64,000 nt of DNA, taken from NCBI RefSeq assembly GCF_009914755.1, contig NC_060947.1; one strand, given 5' to 3'. A model generated the notes under the pieces. The model was not told where the DNA came from. It saw only the letters and a program-made list of their open reading frames with translations, and did not search any database. This document shows, piece after piece, positions 1 through 9,230 of the stretch. The translations under genes were made by a program, and so were the position numbers. The DNA comes from the human T2T-CHM13v2.0 reference genome, Homo sapiens. Position 1 is the stretch's first letter. Every line of letters starts with the position of its first letter.

Positions 1-277
1 GTGTTACTCGTGGTGGTAGAAGTGGAGGGCGTGTCCGGGTACTTGAGTTCATGGGCATCTCTCCCGCCGCCTCTCAGCCTATCTGCACCATGTCTCACAC
101 GTTCAGTTGCAGCTCTTACCGTTTTGAAGGCGCACGTGGGCAAGAAGTCCTGGGCAGCACAAGAAAGTCAATCACGTTGAGACAGAGAGAGCAGGAGAGG
201 AAGTGGGCCCCAGTAGAAGTGGGCGAGAGAGCGTTGGGTGGGAACGTGGCACGAGAGAGAGAAATTATGAGATTGAC

Positions 278-343
278 AGAGAGAGAGAGAGAGAGAGAGA
301 AAGAGAAAGAGAGAGAGAAAGAGAAAGAGACAGAGAAAAGAAA
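278..343. repeat. (GA)n/(GAGAAA) polypurine microsatellite, (CT)n on the minus strand; one per monomer
   Basis: Pure purine run at 278-330 in U1, purine-rich to 343. Length varies between units by up to 24 bp (shortest U20, longest U13). The 5' interrupting C (gattgaCag) is lost in U16, U18, U20, U21 and U22. Confidence 0.97.
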
Positions 344-1222
344 CTATGTTGTTTAAAATGCCAGCGGAAAGTCCATGGGGGTGAAAGAGTCCGGCAATGG
401 CCAGGGAGTTAGCAGCTTGGCGTAGTGTCTTCCCACTGTTTTGTCTGTCTTGAGAATAGCATTCAACGCGACTGTGTTCCCGCAGCAGACGTTAGGCCGC
501 TGCCCACGCCTTGAGTGCCGGACGAGGTCAACATAGGCTTTCCGTCACAGAATATGTTTGGGCAGGAAGATCGGAACACTTGGGGCTGGGCCATCTACCG
601 CTCCCCCACGGCACACACGAGTCGTCAGGGAAATGCCCGCCTCTGTGTGTGTTGTACGTGCAGCCTTCTGGGCAGAGCCGTGGAGAGTTGGACGTAGGCC
701 AGGTGTGAGGAGGAGAGGTGTGTTTGGGGTGGCCACTGGCTCCCTTCCTGCGTGACGTAGGCTGGCGTGGGCTCTTCCCCCAGCCCCTTGCCGGTGCTGC
801 CACGTGAGAAGGGCCCGGGTGCCGGTCCCGCTATTCCGGAATTGTGGGTTCACCTGAAGTTTGAGGCCAAACCCCCAGCGGTCAGTGGGACGCCAGTCGC
901 CTTTGACCTCTTGGTCAAGCTGGCCTTGCCGTGACCCGTGAGAATGCCCAAGTGCCAATGTGTCCCGGGGGGCAGGGCCGGGGCTGGGATCCTAGTGTGT
1001 GCCCAGTCTCCTTCTCGTCCCTGCGGGTTCCACCATCCTCCCATCCTAACGCATCGTTAGGGATGCGGTTAGGTCGGGTCCATCCCCAGGGCGGTCCAAG
1101 GGGACCGCTTTCTGGTTTGTCAGGAAGGCAGGCTAGTAAGAAGGGTCCCGCCGAGTCCCATCTGCCAAGGACAGGGTCCCGCAGGTGGGCCAGGGCTGGC
1201 CCAAAGCGGCCGAGATGCTGAT

Positions 1223-1232
1223 CCGCCATGTG
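1223..1232 (+). promoter_or_regulatory. YY1-like motif (one per monomer)
   Basis: CCGCCATGTG has one mismatch to CCGCCATNTT and lies ~85 bp from the CTCF motif; a second GCGGCCATGAT starts at 1582. YY1 association with DXZ4 is known, but assigning it to this site is inference. Confidence 0.35.
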
Positions 1233-1315
1233 CGGGGCGCTGTTGGCGTTTTTTCCTCAGCAAAGGGCGGAGGGAGTGGACGTGGGGGAAGGGCAGGTGG
1301 GCATTTCTGGAGCAA

Positions 1316-1334
1316 TACTGCCATCAAGAGGAAC
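1316..1334 (-). promoter_or_regulatory. CTCF binding motif (one per monomer, all in the same orientation)
   Basis: Minus strand reads GTTCCTCTTGATGGCAGTA, whose core CCTCTTGATGGCAG matches CCASYAGRKGGCRS at 12/14 positions. Copies start at 1316, 4298, 7263, 10235, 13220, 16169, 19137, 22117, 25099, 28048, 31007, 33966, 36933, 39901, 42869, 45837, 48798, 51770, 54719, 57684, 60648 and 63620. CTCF binding to DXZ4 on the inactive X is established knowledge. Confidence 0.85.
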
Positions 1335-1917
1335 TGGCTTGGCAATCCCGCGCACCCTTCGCTGTGCTCGCCTGGGGAGGAGTGGCTTGGGACTGTCCTG
1401 GGGGACCAGGCAGGACTAGGGCAGGTGCTCGGACGGATCCGAGGTCTCTGGAGGTCCGAGAGAAGCAGGCTCCGCCGCGGGGTCGGGCGGTGGAAGCCCC
1501 AGAGAGAGGCGCCAGGACTAGCTGGACAGCCAGGACGCCGGGCCGTTCCCGGACAGGAAGCCACGGCTCGGGAGCCTGGTGGCGGCCATGATCTGGGCGG
1601 GACCAGCGGAGGCCTCCGCCAGGGAGCCTGGGCTCGGGGCCTTGGGCAGTTTGCCTGGTGCCCCTTCCCGTGGGAGCAACCGGGGTGACGGCCTAGCTGG
1701 GTCCTCGGCCCGGGAGGCTCCGTCGGCCACACTGCACGCCTGCGGTGTGAGGAGGGCCGACTGCCAGTGCTGAGTTCCGTGGCCATTGGCGCGGGTGCCC
1801 GCCGCTGCTGGCCGGCGCCGGGGCGTTCCTCCTTGCGTCCTAGGGAGGAAGGTGGGCCGCGGGGCATCCCGCGGGGCCCGTACCCAGACGGTTCTTGACG
1901 AGGTGGACGCAAGGCCA

Positions 1918-1942
1918 GGCCCGGCCCGGCCCGGCCCGGCCC
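1918..1942. repeat. (GGCCC)n pentanucleotide microsatellite; one per monomer
   Basis: 5 copies in U1, 3, 4, 6, 7, 8, 13, 14, 15, 17, 20 and 21; 2 copies in U2, 5, 9, 10, 11, 12, 16 and 18 (e.g. 4900-4909); 4 copies in U19 (55322-55341). Confidence 0.97.
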
Positions 1943-2603
1943 GGCCACCTTCAGACGCCGCGCACCCGCCTTGTTGAGACTTGCCACCCTGTCTTGTTGT
2001 GTCCATGTCCCCGAGGTTGTCTTGGAGGCGGGCCGTTCCCCGTGGTGCTCATTTCTGCCTGGGGGCCTTCCGGGGACCCCGCTTGTCTTTGGGGGTGCGC
2101 AGGCCCTTGCCCTGCGATCAGAGGCGCACCGACCGATGAGTTCGGTGGCAAAGCTTGAGAAATGGAGACTCTCTGGGCATCGGCTAAGGGGGCCCGGGGC
2201 CTTCCCAGGCCTGCTGGAGTCCGGGAAGCCGGGGGCACCCAGAAGGAAGGACCCGTCGGACTCTGCCTGGGGACAGCCTGCTCCGCGCCAGAAGGGTCCG
2301 CTGCTCAGGCAGCATCCCCGTGCCTCTCCTCCAGTGGGTCCCTCAGGTAGAATCGGGGCAGGCCCCACTGGACGTGCAGGGAGGAGGCTCGGAGGATGCA
2401 TCCTTTGCAGGACCCGGTCTGGTACAGCAGCAGACGGAGCCATCTCCCGGGGCTTTCTGGCTTCTCCGAGGGTGTTCAGGAGTCTCCCAAGTGCGCAGGG
2501 GCTCGTGCCCAAAGGGTGGAGGTCGGCACCGCTTCGCTCAATTCAGGAGTGGAGAAGGAAGCTAGAGGACCCTCTGGAGGTGGCAGGTTTAATGTCCTGC
2601 TTT

Positions 2604-2604
2604 T

Positions 2605-2643
<39 letters not shown>
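2604..2643. repeat. (TTTA)n tetranucleotide microsatellite, (TAAA)n on the minus strand; one per monomer
   Basis: Counted directly as 10 copies in U1. From landmark spacing, U1-U21 copy numbers are 10,10,9,11,8,9,10,11,8,8,8,8,9,9,9,11,10,8,11,8,10. Confidence 0.95.
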
Positions 2644-2933
2644 TTTTGTAATCAACTGAAAGAAGGCAGAAGGAGTCGATGGGCCTCTTAGGCCGGAAAC
2701 CTTACAAGCATAGGACCAAGGCAGAAAAGGTCCAGAGGGTTCATGGTCCTCCGTTCCACCTGAATCCAGCTAGAGAGCGAGCCAGGGGGATAGGTGTGCC
2801 CCTCGTCGCCCGTGCGCTGAGGCACTGTCACGCAAAGAGACATTCACCTTCCACGTCAACGCACCTTTAAGGGCGAGAGCGGTCCGCCGTGCCCAAGAGG
2901 AACGGGATGACATTCAACTGGGACTTGCCTCAC

Positions 2934-3121
2934 CTTGGCTTGGGGGACCTCGAGAGCGGTCCCGTGGGGGCGGTGTTACTCGTGGTGGTAGAAGTGGAGG
3001 GCGTGTCCGGGTACTTGAGTTCATGGGCATCTCTCCCGCCGCCTCTCAGCCTATCTGCACCATGTCTCACACGTTCAGTTGCAGCTCTTACCGTTTTGAA
3101 GGCGCACGTGGGCAAGAAGTC
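2934..3121 (-). other. Candidate 188-nt cryptic exon (one per monomer)
   Basis: Acceptor TTGACTTTCTTGTGCTGCCCAG|G at 3122/3121, preceded by ~200 nt with no AG; donor AAG|GTGAGG at 2934/2933; alternative donor ACG|GTAAGA at 3092/3091. Motif evidence only. Confidence 0.4.
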
Positions 3122-3246
3122 CTGGGCAGCACAAGAAAGTCAATCACGTTGAGACAGAGAGAGCAGGAGAGGAAGTGGGCCCCAGTAGAAGTGGGCGAGA
3201 GAGCGTTGGGTGGGAACGTGGCACGAGAGAGAGAAATTATGAGATT

Positions 3247-3289
<43 letters not shown>

Positions 3290-5571
3290 AGAGAGAGAGA
3301 AAGAGAAAGAGACAGAGAAAAGAAACTATGTTGTTTAAAATGCCAGCGGAAAGTCCATGGGGGTGAAAGAGTCCGGCAATGGCCAGGGAGTTAGCAGCTT
3401 GGCGTAGTGTCTTCCCACTGTTTTGTCTGTCTTGAGAATAGCATTCAACGCGACTGTGTTCCCGCAGCAGACGTTAGGCCGCTGCCCACGCCTTGAGTGC
3501 CGGACGAGGTCAACATAGGCTTTCCGTCACAGAATATGTTTGGGCAGGAAGATCGGAACACTTGGGGCTGGGCCATCTACCGCTCCCCCACGGCACACAC
3601 GAGTCGTCAGGGAAATGCCCGCCTCTGTGTGTGTTGTACGTGCAGCCTTCTGGGCAGAGCCGTGGAGAGTTGGACGTAGGCCAGGTGTGAGGAGGAGAGG
3701 TGTGTTTGGGGTGGCCACTGGCTCCCTTCCTGCGTGACGTAGGCTGGCGTGGGCTCTTCCCCCAGCCCCTTGCCGGTGCTGCCACGTGAGAAGGGCCCGG
3801 GTGCCGGTCCCGCTATTCCGGAATTGTGGGTTCACCTGAAGTTTGAGGCCAAACCCCCAGCGGTCAGTGGGACGCCAGTCGCCTTTGACCTCTTGGTCAA
3901 GCTGGCCTTGCCGTGACCCGTGAGAATGCCCAAGTGCCAATGTGTCCCGGGGGGCAGGGCCGGGGCTGGGATCCTAGTGTGTGCCCAGTCTCCTTCTCGT
4001 CCCTGCGGGTTCCACCATCCTCCCATCCTAACGCATCGTTAGGGATGCGGTTAGGTCGGGTCCATCCCCAGGGCGGTCCAAGGGGACCGCTTTCTGGTTT
4101 GTCAGGAAGGCAGGCTAGTAAGAAGGGTCCCGCCGAGTCCCATCTGCCAAGGACAGGGTCCCGCAGGTGGGCCAGGGCTGGCCCAAAGCGGCCGAGATGC
4201 TGATCCGCCATGTGCGGGGCGCTGTTGGCGTTTTTTCCTCAGCAAAGGGCGGAGGGAGTGGACGTGGGGGAAGGGCAGGTGGGCATTTCTGGAGCAATAC
4301 TGCCATCAAGAGGAACTGGCTTGGCAATCCCGCGCACCCTTCGCTGTGCTCGCCTGGGGAGGAGTGGCTTGGGACTGTCCTGGGGGACCAGGCAGGACTA
4401 GGGCAGGTGCTCGGACGGATCCGAGGTCTCTGGAGGTCCGAGAGAAGCAGGCTCCGCCGCGGGGTCGGGTGGTGGAAGCCCCAGAGAGAGGCGCCAGGAC
4501 TAGCTGGACAGCCAGGACGCCGGGCCGTTCCCGGACAGGAAGCCACGGCTCGGGAGCCTGGTGGCGGCCATGATCTGGGCGGGACCAGCGGAGGCCTCCG
4601 CCAGGGAGCCTGGGCTCGGGGCCTTGGGCAGTTTGCCTGGTGCCCCTTCCCGTGGGAGCAACCGGGGTGACGGCCTAGCTGGGTCCTCGGCCCGGGAGGC
4701 TCCGTCGGCCACACTGCACGCCTGCGGTGTGAGGAGGGCCGACTGCCAGTGCTGAGTTCCGTGGCCATTGGCGCGGGTGCCCGCCGCTGCTGGCCGGCGC
4801 CGGGGCGTTCCTCCTTGCGTCCTAGGGAGGAAGGTGGGCCGCGGGGCATCCCGCGGGGCCCGTACCCAGACGGTTCTTGACGAGGTGGACGCAAGGCCAG
4901 GCCCGGCCCGGTCACCCTCAGACGCCGCGCACCCGCCTTGTTGAGACTTGCCACCCTGTCTTGTTGTGTCCATGTCCCCGAGGTTGTCTTGGAGGCGGGC
5001 CGTTCCCCGTGGTGCTCATTTCTGCCTGGGGGCCTTCCGGGGACCCCGCTTGTCTTTGGGGGTGCGCAGGCCCTTGCCCTGCGATCAGAGGCGCACCGAC
5101 CGATGAGTTCGGTGGCAAAGCTTGAGAAATGGAGACTCTCTGGGCATCGGCTAAGGGGGCCCGGGGCCTTCCCAGGCCTGCTGGAGTCCGGGAAGCCGGG
5201 GGCACCCAGAAGGAAGGACCCGTCGGACTCTGCCTGGGGACAGCCTGCTCCGCGCCAGAAGGGTCCGCTGCTCAGGCAGCATCCCCGTGCCTCTCCTCCA
5301 GTGGGTCCCTCAGGTAGAATCGGGGCAGGCCCCACTGGACGTGCAGGGAGGAGGCTCGGAGGATGCATCCTTTGCAGGACCCGGTCTGGTACAGCAGCAG
5401 ACGGAGCCATCTCCCGGGGCTTTCTGGCTTCTCCGAGGGTGTTCAGGAGTCTCCCAAGTGCGCAGGGGCTCGTGCCCAAAGGGTGGAGGTCGGCACCGCT
5501 TCGCTCAATTCAGGAGTGGAGAAGGAAGCTAGAGGACCCTCTGGAGGTGGCAGGTTTAATGTCCTGCTTTT

Positions 5572-5610
<39 letters not shown>

Positions 5611-6213
5611 TTTTGTAATCAACTGAAAGAAGGCAGAAGGAGTCGATGGGCCTCTTAGGCCGGAAACCTTACAAGCATAGGACCAAGGCAGAAAAGGTCC
5701 AGAGGGTTCATGGTCCTCCGTTCCACCTGAATCCAGCTAGAGAGCGAGCCAGGGGGATAGGTGTGCCCCTCGTCGCCCGTGCGCTGAGGCACTGTCACGC
5801 AAAGAGACATTCACCTTCCACGTCAACGCACCTTTAAGGGCGAGAGCGGTCCGCCGTGCCCAAGAGGAACGGGATGACATTCAACTGGGACTTGCCTCAC
5901 CTTGGCTTGGGGGACCTCGAGAGCGGTCCCGTGGGGGCGGTGTTACTCGTGGTGGTAGAAGTGGAGGGCGTGTCCGGGTACTTGAGTTCATGGGCATCTC
6001 TCCCGCCGCCTCTCAGCCTATCTGCACCATGTCTCACACGTTCAGTTGCAGCTCTTACCGTTTTGAAGGCGCACGTGGGCAAGAAGTCCTGGGCAGCACA
6101 AGAAAGTCAATCACGTTGAGACAGAGAGAGCAGGAGAGGAAGTGGGCCCCAGTAGAAGTGGGCGAGAGAGCGTTGGGTGGGAACGTGGCACGAGAGAGAG
6201 AAATTATGAGATT

Positions 6214-6254
<41 letters not shown>

Positions 6255-8551
6255 AGAGAGAGAGAAAGAGAAAGAGACAGAGAAAAGAAACTATGTTGTT
6301 TAAAATGCCAGCGGAAAGTCCATGGGGGTGAAAGAGTCCGGCAATGGCCAGGGAGTTAGCAGCTTGGCGTAGTGTCTTCCCACTGTTTTGTCTGTCTTGA
6401 GAATAGCATTCAACGCGACTGTGTTCCCGCAGCAGACGTTAGGCCGCTGCCCACGCCTTGAGTGCCGGACGAGGTCAACATAGGCTTTCCGTCACAGAAT
6501 ATGTTTGGGCAGGAAGATCGGAACACTTGGGGCTGGGCCATCTACCGCTCCCCCACGGCACACACGAGTCGTCAGGGAAATGCCCGCCTCTGTGTGTGTT
6601 GTACGTGCAGCCTTCTGGGCAGAGCCGTGGAGAGTTGGACGTAGGCCAGGTGTGAGGAGGAGAGGTGTGTTTGGGGTGGCCACTGGCTCCCTTCCTGCGT
6701 GACGTAGGCTGGCGTGGGCTCTTCCCCCAGCCCCTTGCCGGTGCTGCCACGTGAGAAGGGCCCGGGTGCCGGTCCCGCTATTCCGGAATTGTGGGTTCAC
6801 CTGAAGTTTGAGGCCAAACCCCCAGCGGTCAGTGGGACGCCAGTCGCCTTTGACCTCTTGGTCAAGCTGGCCTTGCCGTGACCCGTGAGAATGCCCAAGT
6901 GCCAATGTGTCCCGGGGGGCAGGGCCGGGGCTGGGATCCTAGTGTGTGCCCAGTCTCCTTCTCGTCCCTGCGGGTTCCACCATCCTCCCATCCTAACGCA
7001 TCGTTAGGGATGCGGTTAGGTCGGGTCCATCCCCAGGGCGGTCCAAGGGGACCGCTTTCTGGTTTGTCAGGAAGGCAGGCTAGTAAGAAGGGTCCCGCCG
7101 AGTCCCATCTGCCAAGGACAGGGTCCCGCAGGTGGGCCAGGGCTGGCCCAAAGCGGCCGAGATGCTGATCCGCCATGTGCGGGGCGCTGTTGGCGTTTTT
7201 TCCTCAGCAAAGGGCGGAGGGAGTGGACGTGGGGGAAGGGCAGGTGGGCATTTCTGGAGCAATACTGCCATCAAGAGGAACTGGCTTGGCAATCCCGCGC
7301 ACCCTTCGCTGTGCTCGCCTGGGGAGGAGTGGCTTGGGACTGTCCTGGGGGACCAGGCAGGACTAGGGCAGGTGCTCGGACGGATCCGAGGTCTCTGGAG
7401 GTCCGAGAGAAGCAGGCTCCGCCGCGGGGTCGGGCGGTGGAAGCCCCAGAGAGAGGCGCCAGGACTAGCTGGACAGCCAGGACGCCGGGCCGTTCCCGGA
7501 CAGGAAGCCACGGCTCGGGAGCCTGGTGGCGGCCATGATCTGGGCGGGACCAGCGGAGGCCTCCGCCAGGGAGCCTGGGCTCGGGGCCTTGGGCAGTTTG
7601 CCTGGTGCCCCTTCCCGTGGGAGCAACCGGGGTGACGGCCTAGCTGGGTCCTCGGCCCGGGAGGCTCCGTCGGCCACACTGCACGCCTGCGGTGTGAGGA
7701 GGGCCGACTGCCAGTGCTGAGTTCCGTGGCCATTGGCGCGGGTGCCCGCCGCTGCTGGCCGGCGCCGGGGCGTTCCTCCTTGCGTCCTAGGGAGGAAGGT
7801 GGGCCGCGGGGCATCCCGCGGGGCCCGTACCCAGACGGTTCTTGACGAGGTGGACGCAAGGCCAGGCCCGGCCCGGCCCGGCCCGGCCCGGCCACCTTCA
7901 GACGCCGCGCACCCGCCTTGTTGAGACTTGCCACCCTGTCTTGTTGTGTCCATGTCCCCGAGGTTGTCTTGGAGGCGGGCCGTTCCCCGTGGTGCTCATT
8001 TCTGCCTGGGGGCCTTCCGGGGACCCCGCTTGTCTTTGGGGGTGCGCAGGCCCTTGCCCTGCGATCAGAGGCGCACCGACCGATGAGTTCGGTGGCAAAG
8101 CTTGAGAAATGGAGACTCTCTGGGCATCGGCTAAGGGGGCCCGGGGCCTTCCCAGGCCTGCTGGAGTCCGGGAAGCCGGGGGCACCCAGAAGGAAGGACC
8201 CGTCGGACTCTGCCTGGGGACAGCCTGCTCCGCGCCAGAAGGGTCCGCTGCTCAGGCAGCATCCCCGTGCCTCTCCTCCAGTGGGTCCCTCAGGTAGAAT
8301 CGGGGCAGGCCCCACTGGACGTGCAGGGAGGAGGCTCGGAGGATGCATCCTTTGCAGGACCCGGTCTGGTACAGCAGCAGACGGAGCCATCTCCCGGGGC
8401 TTTCTGGCTTCTCCGAGGGTGTTCAGGAGTCTCCCAAGTGCGCAGGGGCTCGTGCCCAAAGGGTGGAGGTCGGCACCGCTTCGCTCAATTCAGGAGTGGA
8501 GAAGGAAGCTAGAGGACCCTCTGGAGGTGGCAGGTTTAATGTCCTGCTTTT

Positions 8552-8586
<35 letters not shown>

Positions 8587-9189
8587 TTTTGTAATCAACT
8601 GAAAGAAGGCAGAAGGAGTCGATGGGCCTCTTAGGCCGGAAACCTTACAAGCATAGGACCAAGGCAGAAAAGGTCCAGAGGGTTCATGGTCCTCCGTTCC
8701 ACCTGAATCCAGCTAGAGAGCGAGCCAGGGGGATAGGTGTGCCCCTCGTCGCCCGTGCGCTGAGGCACTGTCACGCAAAGAGACATTCACCTTCCACGTC
8801 AACGCACCTTTAAGGGCGAGAGCGGTCCGCCGTGCCCAAGAGGAACGGGATGACATTCAACTGGGACTTGCCTCACCTTGGCTTGGGGGACCTCGAGAGC
8901 GGTCCCGTGGGGGCGGTGTTACTCGTGGTGGTAGAAGTGGAGGGCGTGTCCGGGTACTTGAGTTCATGGGCATCTCTCCCGCCGCCTCTCAGCCTATCTG
9001 CACCATGTCTCACACGTTCAGTTGCAGCTCTTACCGTTTTGAAGGCGCACGTGGGCAAGAAGTCCTGGGCAGCACAAGAAAGTCAATCACGTTGAGACAG
9101 AGAGAGCAGGAGAGGAAGTGGGCCCCAGTAGAAGTGGGCGAGAGAGCGTTGGGTGGGAACGTGGCACGAGAGAGAGAAATTATGAGATT

Positions 9190-9230
<41 letters not shown>

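Larger units (their letters stand above)
2151..5117. repeat. Representative HindIII-defined monomer (2967 bp)
   Basis: AAGCTT seen once per unit at 2151, 5118, 8098, 11071, 14040, 17004, 19972, 22952, 25919, 28868, 31827, 34786, 37768, 40736, 43704, 46657, 49633, 52590, 55550, 58519 and 61483. Fragments are 2949-2982 bp, and the differences are explained by the three microsatellites plus 1-bp indels. Confidence 0.95.

Noticed and set aside
51-412. ERERE/KRERK charged peptides
   Set aside because: These are translations of the (GA)n microsatellite, and the frame varies between units.
753-842. TGACGT, CACGTG and CCGGAA motif cluster as the internal promoter
   Set aside because: Hexamer matches are expected in CpG-rich DNA, and a start site cannot be located from sequence alone.
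1606-1879. GC palindromes (GCGGAGGCCTCCGC 1606-1619, CCGGCGCCGG 1812-1821, hairpin 1854-1879)
   Set aside because: They are short and in very GC-rich sequence where such matches arise by chance; there is no independent support.
1133-2512. 454/459-aa minus-strand ORF repeated in most monomers (the 15-bp GGCCC allele difference keeps the frame)
   Set aside because: It starts at TTG, is P/G/R/A-rich with no recognisable domain, and is overlapped by long ORFs in other frames as expected at high GC. It is frameshifted in U4, U19 and U22. Its recurrence reflects DNA homogenisation, not selection.
2601-2647. (TAAA)n as the poly(A) tail of an Alu/L1/retrocopy
   Set aside because: No recognisable Alu or L1 body or target-site duplication is adjacent; an ancient origin cannot be excluded without RepeatMasker.
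1971-2659. 226-238-aa plus-strand ORF and FIYL-repeat 'transmembrane' tails
   Set aside because: The tails are translations of (TTTA)n, and their frame changes from unit to unit.
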